A DNA stretch of 34,750 nt from a virus (IMGVR_UViG_2875703104_000001), one strand, 5' to 3'; counted from the first letter of the stretch, positions 1 through 9,438 are shown. Translations and numbers: made by a program. The notes: generated by a model not told the origin, from the letters alone.

Positions 1-903
1 TTATGAAAGCATAGACCGTTTACCCTCCCTGGGTACGACGGAACAGGGGTCCTGATGGATAATCACATCCGATCCCGGAAAACGCCGTAAAATAGCCTGC
101 TCTACCTGATCCGCCACCATATGTGCCTGAACCAAAGGCAGAGAGTCTTCCATTTCCAAATGAATCTGAATAAAGCGGGTCGGCCCTGACTGCCGCGTGC
201 GAAGATCGTGAGCGCCGCTAACACCCGGCCAGGAAGTCACGATATCAATAATTTCTTGCCGTTCCTCATCAGGTAATGCGCGATCCAGTAATGACTGTAC
301 CGCCTCATATCCCATGCGTAACGCGCTATATAAAATATAGATGCCGATTCCCAATGCAAACAGAGCATCGGCGCGATGCCAGCCGTACCAGGACAACCCC
401 AGCGCCAGCAGAATTGCGCCGTTCATCATAACATCAGACTGGTAATGTAGCATATCAGCCCGCACCGCCTGGCTTTGCGTCCGGCGCACCACCCAACGCT
501 GAAACGAGACAAGGATAATCGTACAAATTAGCGCCACAATTGTCACGATAACCCCGACGCCTGGATCTGTCATCGGTGTTGGAGATACCAGATGTTGAAT
601 ACCCGTCAAAAACAGGAATAGTGCCGAACCGGAGATAAACATACTTTGCGCCAGCGCCGCGAGGGACTCAGCTTTACCGTGACCAAACGAGTGATTATCG
701 TCGGCAGGTTGCAGGGAATATCGCATCACCAGTAAATTCGTCAACGACGCGCCGATATCCACCAGCGAATCCACCAGCGCGGCGAGAATACTCACCGACC
801 CGGTATACCACCATGCAAAAATTTTAATCAGCAATAGCAGCGAAGCCATCGCCGTCGCAGCAATCGCCGCCCGACTGACCAGCCGTCCATAAGATTGATT
901 CAT
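1..903 (-). CDS. fieF: Cation diffusion facilitator family Fe/Zn efflux transporter FieF (YiiP)
   Basis: ORF 1..945 translation from [36 protein letters not shown] onward matches E. coli FieF as I recall it; the true ATG is the reverse complement of 901-903, and the ORF-track start is an upstream in-frame extension. Stop is TAA at 1-3. Confidence 0.93.
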   Translation of the reverse strand: MNQSYGRLVSRAAIAATAMASLLLLIKIFAWWYTGSVSILAALVDSLVDIGASLTNLLVMRYSLQPADDNHSFGHGKAESLAALAQSMFISGSALFLFLTGIQHLVSPTPMTDPGVGVIVTIVALICTIILVSFQRWVVRRTQSQAVRADMLHYQSDVMMNGAILLALGLSWYGWHRADALFALGIGIYILYSALRMGYEAVQSLLDRALPDEERQEIIDIVTSWPGVSGAHDLRTRQSGPTRFIQIHLEMEDSLPLVQAHMVADQVEQAILRRFPGSDVIIHQDPCSVVPREGKRSMLS

Positions 904-984
904 AAATACTCCCGCTATCAACTGACGGTAGTATAACGGAAGCAAATCATCTGCAATGCATTAAGCAGCAGGCAAATTGAGGAT

Positions 985-1011
985 AAAAAAAACCCCCACA
1001 TCATGTGGGGG
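985..1011 (-). terminator. Rho-independent terminator (hairpin plus U8) on the minus strand, probably the host cpxP/CpxQ terminator
   Basis: Plus strand reads AAAAAAAA-CCCCCACA-tca-TGTGGGGG; on the minus strand this is an 8-bp GC-rich stem followed by eight U. It sits upstream of fieF, where the cpxP 3' end lies in E. coli. Confidence 0.6.
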
Positions 1012-1045
1012 AAGACAGGGATGGTGTCACAAAAAAGCACCTAAC
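985..1045 (-). ncRNA. cpxQ: Possible CpxQ-like sRNA 3' portion (cpxP 3'UTR-derived); 5' boundary and identity uncertain
   Basis: Minus-strand sequence GUGACACCAUCCCUGUCUUCCCCCACAUGAUGUGGGGGUUUUUUUU resembles the CpxQ/cpxP 3'UTR end as I recall it; not verified by alignment. Confidence 0.3.
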
Positions 1046-1108
1046 CTGATGATATAAATGGATTTATATCAACCACTGTCCACATAGCGTCCACATCGAC
1101 CATAAATA

Positions 1109-1128
1109 AGCCCCTCGACTGAGGGGCT
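1109..1128 (-). terminator. Hairpin immediately downstream of ogr (AGCCCCTC-gact-GAGGGGCT), flanked by T-rich runs on both strands
   Basis: Perfect 8-bp inverted repeat with a 4-nt loop, 11 nt past the ogr stop. Could also overlap the att core, since P2 attP lies just downstream of ogr. Confidence 0.5.
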
Positions 1129-1138
1129 ATTTTTGTGA

Positions 1139-1357
1139 TCACATCCACATAATTTGCTGCCCTGACGGCAACGGGTGCGGCCTTACGGCGTGGACTTCTC
1201 CCGGCTTCACGATGTATCTCTGTACCGACTCATAAGTGATGAACGTGGCGCTGCAATTCACGTTCTGACACTGGTGATAACGCTCTTTTGTCGTGTCAGT
1301 GATATAGCGGCTTGTACGCGCATGTGCGGCATGCTGGCATAAAGGACAATGAAACAT
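1139..1357 (-). CDS. ogr: Late-gene transcriptional activator Ogr (Cys4 zinc finger), 72 aa
   Basis: MFHCPLCQHAAHARTSRYITDTTKERYHQCQNVNCSATF... matches P2 Ogr from memory, with CxxC...CxxxxC zinc-finger cysteines. The ORF-track N-terminal extension to 1420 is rejected. Confidence 0.92.
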   Translation of the reverse strand: MFHCPLCQHAAHARTSRYITDTTKERYHQCQNVNCSATFITYESVQRYIVKPGEVHAVRPHPLPSGQQIMWM

Positions 1358-1438
1358 CGCGAGCACCTCTTCCGGTTTTGTTGATGTTGCCATTTTAGTT
1401 AATTTATACTTACAAAACAAACAGATAAATAAAACACA

Positions 1439-2602
1439 TCACTCATCATCTTCTGTTTCGTACTCCACATCAGAAAGCCTTACCTCAAGCTCCAAAGACG
1501 TCGTGAAGCCGCTATTATTCAGAAAATGTGTCACCTTAGTGATTGTCCAGTCCTGCTCGTCTATGACACGCTTAAAGCCTGACACTTTGACCGGTGTTTC
1601 CGTGTAAATATCTGCCCGACCGGTAGCCAGGCTGATGGAGAACTCCGCAACACCCCGTTGCAGTTTATCCCACTTCGCCTGAGCGGCACGCATGGCCTGC
1701 GCTTTTGTGGCATATACCGTGGTCAGGGCAAAAACATTGTCAGCCTCACCGGCTATGTATTCACCTTCGCGCGCTTCAGGTACTTTTGGCGCTTTCTTCT
1801 GCGTGACCGGTTTCGCTTTCGGGTGCTCCAGTGCGCGCAGGTGTTTTTCTTTCTTTTTGCGTTTCAGTTTTACCTTCTGCTTTTGCGGCTTCGGGTCTTT
1901 GGTGTGTAACCACTTTGCCGTTACGCCGGTATAGGCTCCGCGGTCAGCAATCGCAAAATGATGACAGTCGCCGTCGCTGCGGGTGATGGTAATCTGCGGG
2001 ATTTTTTTACCGCTGGCCGTCACGCCCTGCCCCGCTTTGAGAAACAGCAGTTTTCCCATTTTTACCGACACCTCACCGCCGTTGCGTTCTGCAAGACGGG
2101 TCAGGAATTTCGCATCAGACTCCTGCGACTGGTCGATGTGCGGGATTTTAATTCCGGCCAGTGACGGAGTGACACTGGCTTCCAGCCTGTTACGGGAGGC
2201 TATCGCCTCAACAATCGCACCGAGCGTGGTGTCATGCCATGAGCCTTCCCGGCGGGAATTGAACGTCCCGCGAAAATCTGCACTCCGGGCGCGGATGGTA
2301 ACCACATCCGGCGCGCCCCGGTGTTCAACCTCATCAACGGTAAATTTCCCTTTGCATACCAGGGCAAAACCTTTCCAGCCGATATACACCGTCAGGACAG
2401 CGCCACGAACCGGCAGCCCGACCTGCCCGTCGGCATCGTTCAGTTCAATATCAAGCTGGTCAGCCTCAAAGCCCCGGTTATCCGTCAGGGTCATGCTCAT
2501 CAGACGGTCGCTGATATTGCCGGTAATATCCCTGCTGTCGAGCATCAGCATGTAATCCGGCGTCAGCGTACTGCCTGCATCAAATGTCAGTGCATCCAGC
2601 AT
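1439..2602 (-). CDS. D: Tail protein gpD (387 aa)
   Basis: Position directly upstream of ogr; length equals P2 gpD as recalled; synteny D-U-T. Confidence 0.88.
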   Translation of the reverse strand: MLDALTFDAGSTLTPDYMLMLDSRDITGNISDRLMSMTLTDNRGFEADQLDIELNDADGQVGLPVRGAVLTVYIGWKGFALVCKGKFTVDEVEHRGAPDVVTIRARSADFRGTFNSRREGSWHDTTLGAIVEAIASRNRLEASVTPSLAGIKIPHIDQSQESDAKFLTRLAERNGGEVSVKMGKLLFLKAGQGVTASGKKIPQITITRSDGDCHHFAIADRGAYTGVTAKWLHTKDPKPQKQKVKLKRKKKEKHLRALEHPKAKPVTQKKAPKVPEAREGEYIAGEADNVFALTTVYATKAQAMRAAQAKWDKLQRGVAEFSISLATGRADIYTETPVKVSGFKRVIDEQDWTITKVTHFLNNSGFTTSLELEVRLSDVEYETEDDE

Positions 2603-3081
2603 TATCCCGCCCCCGTCATATCCGTGAATTTAGTCGCCATACTGCCAGCCTTACCGATGAGCGATTCTGCCTGTTTACCGATATCGCCATAAAGCGCGGC
2701 CAGTGATTCATCAACGCGGGTGAGCGACAGCGTAAAATCAATTTTTCGGGGTGTGCCGTCTGCAAAGAAAATACTCCCTGTTTCACTCACCCTGCTGATG
2801 ACATACATGCCGTAAATCATGCCGGTGCCATCCAGCAACGGCCACGCCCGACCTTCCTCTGCCATCAGTCTGAGCGTGGTCATCGTCAGCTTTCCGCCGG
2901 TCAGTTCGGGATAAAGCACACCGGCAAGCGTGATGTTTTCCTCGCCAACACCGAGAAACTGAAAGGCATCCCGTTTACCGATACGGGAATTTGACGGCCA
3001 GCGATAATCTGATTCACGCTGCATGGTCTGGTGTGGCAGCGTCTGGCGCATAAAAACAAACATACCTAACGCGAGCATCAT
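2602..3081 (-). CDS. U: Tail protein gpU (159 aa)
   Basis: Length and position match P2 gpU; stop/start overlap with D is typical translational coupling. Confidence 0.88.
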   Translation of the reverse strand: MMLALGMFVFMRQTLPHQTMQRESDYRWPSNSRIGKRDAFQFLGVGEENITLAGVLYPELTGGKLTMTTLRLMAEEGRAWPLLDGTGMIYGMYVISRVSETGSIFFADGTPRKIDFTLSLTRVDESLAALYGDIGKQAESLIGKAGSMATKFTDMTGAG

Positions 3082-3095
3082 TTTTCGTCACCTCC

Positions 3096-5543
3096 TTAAC
3101 CGTCATGCATCATGCTGGCACGAGCGCGCGCACGTTTATCCCGCTCGTATTTTTCGAGCGCATCCTGTAACTGGCGGTCAAGCTGTATCCCCGGCGCAGT
3201 ACCACCCGTCAGGCTGATGTGATATTCGTTTTTACTCTGGTCCACATAAGAGCGGCCAGCCGGTGCCGTGACCGGCTGATAAGCCTGATAGCCTGCATAA
3301 GAGCTGGTCGCCGGAATATAACCACCGGTGCCATACGTGGCGGCATGAGTTCTGGCGGCGGTCTGGTCAAGTGTGTCTGACTCTTTGTTGATGACCCCGA
3401 GCTTTTCCAGTACCCAGTCAATACCGCTGCGCAGTTTGTTGAACGCATTAAGCGGCAGCATTAGCGCGTCAGCCAGTGCCTGCCCGAACATGACGCCCGT
3501 GTCACGGCAACGATTCAGGGTGTCCTGGGTGGCTTTAACCGGGGCAATCAGGTTTTTAAACCACTGCCACGCGGCCTGTAATTTTTCGCCCAGCCAGTCA
3601 AACACCGGTTTCAGTGGCGTGAACAGCTCCCCCACCGGCGCAAATGCCGCTTTCAGCCCTTCAACCACACCGCCAAAGAATGCGCTGACAGGCTCCCAGT
3701 ATTTACGGATAAGCAACGCCCCGGCGACAATAGCGGCCACCACAGCCACAACCGGCCAGCTAATCGCCCCGATGGCGGTCATAACAGCACTGCCAACCGT
3801 CGTGAAGATTGCCCCCATTGCGCCTGCTGCCGCGATGATGGCATTAATGCCGGTGATAACCGGCCAGGCTACAAGACCAATTGCACCGATGATGCCAGTA
3901 AGCGCCAGCGCGCCACCGGCAATGAGGCCAATGGTTGACGCCAGTGATTTGTTTTTCTGTATCCAGCCATCGAGTTTTAACACATACTTTGTGGCCGTCT
4001 GCGTGAGCTTACGCAGCGAGCCTTCCTGCTGGTCAAACAGGTCAGTCCCCACCGCCTCATAAGCGGACTGAAACTCTTTAAAGTCACCGCCGAGATTGTC
4101 CTGCATGATATTTACCAGCTCGGCGGTCTTCCCGTCTGAGGCTTTAAACGCAGCGGTCAGTTTGTCCAGCTTTCCAGTTGAGGCGGCAGTCATCAGCACG
4201 GCGGCGGCTGAGCTGGCCTCCTCCCCGAAAATAGTTTTCATGTATTCAGCCTGCTGGGCAGTACCGAGCCGGTTTTTCTCAAAACTGGCCTGCATTTCTT
4301 TCAGAATGGTAAATACTGGTCGAGTATTCCCTTTACTGTCTGAGGTTTTCACGCCAAGCTCTTTGAGTGCATCCCATGCTTTTCCCGTTGGTGCCTGCAG
4401 GCGACTTAACACGGCACGGCTTCCCGTCCCCGCCATTGAGCCTGTAATTTTTGCATCATGCAGCGCCCCGACCATTGCGGCGGTTTCTTCAATGCTGACA
4501 CCAGCATTTTTTGCCACAGGTGCGGCATAGGTCAGCGCATCGCTCATGCCATCAAAATCGGCGGCGGTTTTGTTCATCGTCATGGAGAGAACATCCCCGA
4601 TATGAGCGACCTTATCGTTTGAAAGCTGAAAGGCGGATTTCATCCCCATCAGCAGGGCGGCGTTTTCTTCCATCGTGCGACGGTTCGCCAGCGCCATATT
4701 CAGCGTGACCGGCGTTGCCGCCTGAATGGCATCAACATCCCCACCGGCTTTCGCAATAATAATCTGCGCACCGGCTGCATCATCTGCCGAGGCTGCGGTA
4801 TTGTCGCCGAGCTGGCGCGCCTGCTTGCGTAGTGCAGCCATTTCGGCGGAGTCTTTTGCCACACCGAGCACAGCCTGCAATTCTGAGTTTTTCTGCGCAA
4901 ACTCATAACCGGGCATCAGCAACTTAACTCCGGCCATCGTTCCCGCAGCAGCAATCCCCACACCGGCAGCGCCCACTGAGGCCATATTTCCGGCCAGTTC
5001 CTTTCCGGCCTGATAACGCTGTTTTACTGCGTTAAGTTTTGCCTGTTGTGCACTGACACGCGCCAGCGCGTCACGCTGACGGTTAAGCTGTGCGGTGGTT
5101 TCACTGATACGGTTTTTCAGTCCCTGCTCATCATGTGCAAGATTGCGGGTATTAATTCCCACAGCGGCCAGTTCCCGCTGCTGGCGTTTAATGGAATCTG
5201 TCAGGCGGTTATATTTCGCCTGTAAGTCCTCCGCCGCACGCTTTGCGGATTCCAGCACTTTCGCCTGAGCACGGGTCGGACGTTCAGTGTTTTTAAACTG
5301 TGTGGCAAGGGCTTCGGCTTCCTGCCGTGCCTTTTCAAGTGCATGACCAGTCACGGCAAGCTGTGCGCTGGTCTTGCGAAATCCCTCAATACGGGATGCG
5401 TGACCGTTCAGCTCGCGCAGTGATTTTTGTGTTTCCCGGATATCCCCCGACAGCGACTTACTCGCTGTGCGGATGGATTTAAACGGGCGGGATGCCTGGT
5501 CAACAGCCCTGAGCAATACCTGTAATTTTACATTGTTACTCAT
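3096..5543 (-). CDS. T: Tail tape measure protein gpT (815 aa)
   Basis: Long Ala/Gly-rich coiled-coil protein with a hydrophobic central segment, typical of tape measure proteins; length equals P2 gpT as recalled. Confidence 0.9.
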   Translation of the reverse strand: MSNNVKLQVLLRAVDQASRPFKSIRTASKSLSGDIRETQKSLRELNGHASRIEGFRKTSAQLAVTGHALEKARQEAEALATQFKNTERPTRAQAKVLESAKRAAEDLQAKYNRLTDSIKRQQRELAAVGINTRNLAHDEQGLKNRISETTAQLNRQRDALARVSAQQAKLNAVKQRYQAGKELAGNMASVGAAGVGIAAAGTMAGVKLLMPGYEFAQKNSELQAVLGVAKDSAEMAALRKQARQLGDNTAASADDAAGAQIIIAKAGGDVDAIQAATPVTLNMALANRRTMEENAALLMGMKSAFQLSNDKVAHIGDVLSMTMNKTAADFDGMSDALTYAAPVAKNAGVSIEETAAMVGALHDAKITGSMAGTGSRAVLSRLQAPTGKAWDALKELGVKTSDSKGNTRPVFTILKEMQASFEKNRLGTAQQAEYMKTIFGEEASSAAAVLMTAASTGKLDKLTAAFKASDGKTAELVNIMQDNLGGDFKEFQSAYEAVGTDLFDQQEGSLRKLTQTATKYVLKLDGWIQKNKSLASTIGLIAGGALALTGIIGAIGLVAWPVITGINAIIAAAGAMGAIFTTVGSAVMTAIGAISWPVVAVVAAIVAGALLIRKYWEPVSAFFGGVVEGLKAAFAPVGELFTPLKPVFDWLGEKLQAAWQWFKNLIAPVKATQDTLNRCRDTGVMFGQALADALMLPLNAFNKLRSGIDWVLEKLGVINKESDTLDQTAARTHAATYGTGGYIPATSSYAGYQAYQPVTAPAGRSYVDQSKNEYHISLTGGTAPGIQLDRQLQDALEKYERDKRARARASMMHDG

Positions 5544-5963
5544 TCGTGTTTCCGCTTCGCCGGAGCGCCTTTTCGCGCCATGTGATGAGTTCGGTCAGGC
5601 TCATGGGATACAGTTCTGATGGCGGCCAGTGAAATATCACTGCCACATCCGCCATCAGGTCATCGACCGACAGATTTTTCGGGAACGTTACTGCACCGAG
5701 TTCGGCGACAAAAAACCGACCACCTTACCGGCCAGCGCCACAAGGTCAGGCAGTTCCAGCGCGGCGACTTCCTGCTCGGTCAGCATCGGTGCCGTTATGC
5801 GCGGCAGCACCTTAATCAGTGCATCGACTTCTGAGTTTGCGACCGCAGCCAGACTGACACCGCGCAGCGTCCCCGCACTGGGTTTCATCAGCGTGACCTG
5901 TTCGATAACCTGCTCACCACGCTTGACCGGATTGTCCAGGGTAATGACATTTTCTTTGTTCAT
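5536..5963 (-). CDS. E': gpE+E' fusion made by programmed -1 ribosomal frameshift (predicted 142 aa)
   Basis: Slippery heptamer T TTT TTG read on the minus strand at 5715..5709 (zero-frame codons GGT TTT TTG = G F L). The -1 frame is open from 5709 down to TAA at 5536-5538 (...WREKALRRSGNTNE*), overlapping the T start. The 142-aa size equals P2 E+E' as recalled. Confidence 0.8.
5688..5963 (-). CDS. E: Tail assembly chaperone gpE (91 aa, zero-frame product)
   Basis: 91-aa ORF ending ...VVGFLSPNSVQ, immediately upstream of T; contains the slippery site near its 3' end. Confidence 0.88.
   Translation of the reverse strand: MNKENVITLDNPVKRGEQVIEQVTLMKPSAGTLRGVSLAAVANSEVDALIKVLPRITAPMLTEQEVAALELPDLVALAGKVVGFLSPNSVQ
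5709..5715 (-). promoter_or_regulatory. -1 programmed frameshift slippery site TTTTTTG
   Basis: Directly read from sequence (plus strand CAAAAAA at 5709-5715); positioned in frame as X XXY YYZ relative to the E reading frame. Confidence 0.8.
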
Positions 5964-6019
5964 GGTTTTCTCACTTCTGAATCAGGGTTAACCGGTCAGC
6001 CAGGCTGACCGGATGAAAA

Positions 6020-6538
6020 TCACAGGCCGATATTTCGGCGGTGTTGCTCCAGCCGGTCGACGCCGTTCACCTTCTCAATCATGTTGATGGTGTCGATTTC
6101 GACCAGCTCCTTACCGTCCATCGTCAGCCGGAAATAGGTGCAGACCACGGAGATTTTCGACTCGGTGTCTTCTCCCTGTTTACCCTCGCCGGTGTCGATT
6201 TCTTTCTGACGTCCACGCATGACCACTTCGACGGCCACCGTTTCGCCGGTATCGTCGCGCTGGTAAGAGCCTGCAAAACGAATCGGCACGGCATCCACAC
6301 CGGTTGCGGCGTAAAGCTCCCAGATAACCGAATCCGGGAAGCCCCCGAGCGACCACTCCATTGACAGCGCATCGTCATCAAGGCCGAGGTCTACCGGTGC
6401 GCTGCCGTTCATCCCCGCACCGCGATAGTTTTCGAGCTTACGGGTCAGTTTTGGCAGCGTGACGGACTTTGCAACGCCCTGATAGCTGTAGCCGTTCAGA
6501 AAGACGTTCATTAACTTGAGTTTGCGCGGCATTGCCAT
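6020..6538 (-). CDS. FII: Major tail tube protein gpFII (172 aa)
   Basis: Length and position match P2 FII; follows FI. Confidence 0.88.
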   Translation of the reverse strand: MAMPRKLKLMNVFLNGYSYQGVAKSVTLPKLTRKLENYRGAGMNGSAPVDLGLDDDALSMEWSLGGFPDSVIWELYAATGVDAVPIRFAGSYQRDDTGETVAVEVVMRGRQKEIDTGEGKQGEDTESKISVVCTYFRLTMDGKELVEIDTINMIEKVNGVDRLEQHRRNIGL

Positions 6539-6550
6539 CGGTCATGCTCC

Positions 6551-7741
6551 TTAATTGCTGTTAACCGAGGTGACCAGATTTGCCAGGTATTTATCAGTAA
6601 TACGCTGGCGCAGGGTCAGGTTTTCAAGAGGAGGCACCGGGGTATAGTCGTAGTCGATATACAGTTTTCCGGCCTTGAGGGTTTCCGCATCGTTGGATTC
6701 TTCACTGAACCAGCAGGTCGCATCCACGATATAGCCGTTTGTTTTCAGCTCACGGAATTTGGCATTGATGCCGTCAACGATGTCGCGAATCAGCGTTGCG
6801 GTGATGGGCTTGTCCACCGCCCACATGTGCGCCTCAGCCATCGTGTCGGCCAGCACCTGCGCGGTGCGGGTGTAGTTTTCAAAGAGGAACAGCGGGTCAT
6901 CAGAGCAGGTACGGTTACCCCAGAACCGGAAACCGTCACGGCGAATCAGCGTTGTGACGCCTGACTCGTTAAGCAGGTCAGCATCGGTGCCGGACTCCTG
7001 CAAATCCCAGAATACAGATGCGCTGATGCCGGTAACACCGTTCACCCCGACATTGGACAGCGTTTTATGCCAGCCCTGCTCCTGGTCGATTTTAGCGCGC
7101 AGACCCAGCGCACGGGCGGTGGCATACGCGGTGGCGGTGGTACTGGTGACCGTATCCCATGCGAGGAAATCCGGCCAGATGACCATCAGCTCACGCTGGC
7201 TGAAATTCTGGCGGTAGGCTTTCACCTCGGAAATGGTCTTACAGCCCCATGCGCTGATATATCCGAAAGCGCGCAGCTTCTGACAGACTGATGCCAGTGC
7301 AACAGCCACCTCTTTGGTATCCAGCCCCGGCACACCAAGAATACGCGGTTTAACACCGGTTACCGACTCTGCCGCCAGCAGGGCTTTCAGTCCGGTATAC
7401 TGACCATTTTCGTCGGTGGTGCCGATGATATTGGAAACGGTCTGCGCGAGCTTCGTTTCTTCGTCATCGCCGGTGCCGTCTTCCACGCGCACGACAACGG
7501 TGACCGGTTTTGACTGGTCAGCGATGGCCTGCAACGATGCCGCCAGCGTGCCTTTTTTACCGGCCTTTGCAATTGCACTCTGCACATTGGTAATCAGCAC
7601 CGGTTTATTGAGGGGGAAGGTTTCCGCATCCGCATCGCTGGCCGTGCAGACCATGCCGACAATGGCAGTGGATACGGTGGAAATGACGCGGGTGCCGTCG
7701 TTAATCTCCAGCACCTGCACGCCGTGATGATAGTCACTCAT
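6551..7741 (-). CDS. FI: Contractile tail sheath protein gpFI (396 aa)
   Basis: Length and position match P2 FI; first gene of the FI-FII-E-T-U-D operon. Confidence 0.9.
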   Translation of the reverse strand: MSDYHHGVQVLEINDGTRVISTVSTAIVGMVCTASDADAETFPLNKPVLITNVQSAIAKAGKKGTLAASLQAIADQSKPVTVVVRVEDGTGDDEETKLAQTVSNIIGTTDENGQYTGLKALLAAESVTGVKPRILGVPGLDTKEVAVALASVCQKLRAFGYISAWGCKTISEVKAYRQNFSQRELMVIWPDFLAWDTVTSTTATAYATARALGLRAKIDQEQGWHKTLSNVGVNGVTGISASVFWDLQESGTDADLLNESGVTTLIRRDGFRFWGNRTCSDDPLFLFENYTRTAQVLADTMAEAHMWAVDKPITATLIRDIVDGINAKFRELKTNGYIVDATCWFSEESNDAETLKAGKLYIDYDYTPVPPLENLTLRQRITDKYLANLVTSVNSN

Positions 7742-8222
7742 CCGTTTAACTCCGTGGTTAATGGGTGAGTGGTATTTTCAGTTGTACCCGAGATGTCAGA
7801 CTATTTGTCCCGGTTGGCTAATCGACAGCACAACCACCGGTAAAGAAAAGGCGGGCAATTCGCTCGCCTGTCCTGATTTGTACTCACTTATTTCCCGACT
7901 GACAATTTACATAGCCAAAACGCTATCAAATCTGACAGTCTGCTTTGAGCGAGAAGCAGGCCTTACACTGTAATCAGCATAGAATAGGATGCAGAATCGC
8001 TAAACAAATAGATGTCTGTCAGAGTAGTGGCTTTTAGTGGAAATCTATAGTTGCTATAGCTCAGATAATTAAGTGCCGTCTCTGTCCGCAACTCTAGTCA
8101 GAGTTTATTGCACAGGGGAAATAAATAAGTGCATGTGAATCATTGTCACGAAACAGTAAATATTCGTCATGGGTCATCATATCACTATTTATATGTGTCA
8201 GAGTTGATACCCACCACTGAAA

Positions 8223-9269
8223 TCACTTTCCAAACTTATTAAATTGTTCAGCAATGAAATCAATATACTCATTACCTTGGCCGTTATGCCTGAATTTTTG
8301 CTGCCCTTCGAAATCTAAATTAGGTGAAAAATGAATTATTTGGTTATCTTCATACAGTTTTAAAGGAGAATAAAATGACAATGATTTATCATTCAATAAT
8401 TGACGCACTCCTGTTATAGCACTACCAATCAAAATATCACATAATTGAACTGCCGGGCTTAGTTTTGAATCAACTTGGTGAACATGCTCAAGCTTTAATG
8501 GGAATTTAATACTGGCGATTTCAGACATCTTAAACTCGGCTGGCGTCTGACATTTGATAAGCATCGAAAGATATTCATTGTATTGTAAAAGATTTTTAGA
8601 ACGATCATGCTCAATGCTATACGGTCCCTCTGACATTAATTCAGTGCGTGATATTAGTGCTTGAAGAATAACAAATGCTGCATCAGTAGAAATTTTTGGA
8701 TTAGTTATTGCCGTAATACAATCTGGATGCTCTAAAGCTAGTGGCCCCAGCACTTCCGGTAATAGACGCCAATTCACGGCCCTAACGTTCGCAATAAGGT
8801 TATTTACTGCTGTGTGCGTTTTCTCATGCATCGCATTTTGAAAAGATATTAGGATATTATCAAAATCTCTACCAAAGTAGCTTTGGCAGACATAGTAAGC
8901 CATTGATGCCATAGAAACGTTTCCACCATTTTCGTATAGATTTATCCCATGGTCATAGTAAAAAGGCTCTACCGCATACTCAATAAACATTTGAATTAGA
9001 ATCAAACGTTTATCGGCAACACAAGTAACACATGGAAAATTGGCAAGTAGTTCCTGTTGCAAAGTAAAAATTGGTTTTTGATAACTATCTCGCTTTTTAA
9101 GAGAGCTAAATTTCAATTCAGGGGCTTTGTGTTTAGGAAAATGTTGTCTGATAAGATGAAGAGCATCGTCATGACTAATCTTTACAGCGCTGGCCCCTTG
9201 CCAAGGTTGTGACTTTTGAAGAAGATCTCGCCCAGTGTAACCAGACTCATCAATTGAAAATATACTCAT
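8223..9269 (-). CDS. Cargo protein, DUF3800-like (348 aa), function unknown; candidate defence or moron gene
   Basis: N-terminus MSIFSIDESGYTG resembles the DUF3800 signature (hydrophobic-x-IDESG) and a C-terminal VQLCDILIGSAI resembles the DUF3800 QxADxxA-type motif. Gene is markedly AT-rich and sits at the P2 Z/fun position between FI and G. Confidence 0.6.
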   Translation of the reverse strand: MSIFSIDESGYTGRDLLQKSQPWQGASAVKISHDDALHLIRQHFPKHKAPELKFSSLKKRDSYQKPIFTLQQELLANFPCVTCVADKRLILIQMFIEYAVEPFYYDHGINLYENGGNVSMASMAYYVCQSYFGRDFDNILISFQNAMHEKTHTAVNNLIANVRAVNWRLLPEVLGPLALEHPDCITAITNPKISTDAAFVILQALISRTELMSEGPYSIEHDRSKNLLQYNEYLSMLIKCQTPAEFKMSEIASIKFPLKLEHVHQVDSKLSPAVQLCDILIGSAITGVRQLLNDKSLSFYSPLKLYEDNQIIHFSPNLDFEGQQKFRHNGQGNEYIDFIAEQFNKFGK

Positions 9270-9367
9270 TTATTCTGTGTCCATAGCTGTTGTTTCACCC
9301 AAAATACCTTTTTGGATAGTATTGCGCTATAGCCTTTAACCCTATTAATTGAGATCCATCGATGCAA

Positions 9368-9397
9368 GCAACGTCCGCTCATGGCACAGAGCGGACG
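9368..9397 (+). repeat. 30-bp hairpin-forming element, copy A (GCAACGTCCGCTCATGGCACAGAGCGGACG)
   Basis: Internal perfect 9-bp inverted repeat CGTCCGCTC/GAGCGGACG; about 87% identical to copy B at 11114..11143 in the same orientation. Confidence 0.7.
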
Positions 9398-9414
9398 ATA
9401 TCACTGAGCTGAAG

Positions 9415-9438
9415 GTCCGCTGAGAGCGAGGAGCGGAC
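9415..9438 (+). repeat. Second, shorter hairpin with the same GTCCGCT/AGCGGAC arms
   Basis: GTCCGCT-gagagcgagg-AGCGGAC, read directly, 18 bp downstream of copy A. Confidence 0.6.

Noticed and set aside
904-1138. tRNA gene at the prophage junction (a common integration target for phages)
   Set aside because: No cloverleaf-like sequence or CCA-proximal T-arm motif (GTTCxAxTC) seen in the junction; the junction instead looks like the cpxP terminator region.
1139-1420. Longer 93-aa version of the ogr ORF starting at 1420
   Set aside because: The 72-aa product starting at MFHCPLC matches the Ogr family; the upstream extension would remove the intergenic space after D. N-terminal extensions of O, P, L, X, R, int and fieF in the ORF track were rejected the same way.
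1658-2692. Several plus-strand ORFs (1658..1909, 1692..1934, 1958..2164, 1983..2555, 2321..2692) inside gene D
   Set aside because: They are antisense to a well-supported phage structural gene and have low-complexity, Arg/Ser/Cys-rich translations; typical shadow ORFs of GC-rich coding DNA.
3209-5482. Plus- and minus-strand ORFs overlapping the tape measure gene T (for example 3373..4062, 4096..4530, 4511..4708, 4700..4906)
   Set aside because: Fully contained within gene T in other frames or on the other strand, with no independent signals; treated as spurious.
7742-7860. Search for Ogr-dependent late-promoter dyad (TGT-N12-ACA) upstream of FI, V and O/P
   Set aside because: I could not find a clean match by eye (only variants with different spacing), so no specific late-promoter coordinates are annotated apart from the generic O/P intergenic region.
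7761-7973. 70-aa plus-strand ORF in the region upstream of FI
   Set aside because: Lies where the FI promoter is expected, reads antisense to late transcription and has no recognisable features. A small cargo gene cannot be excluded.
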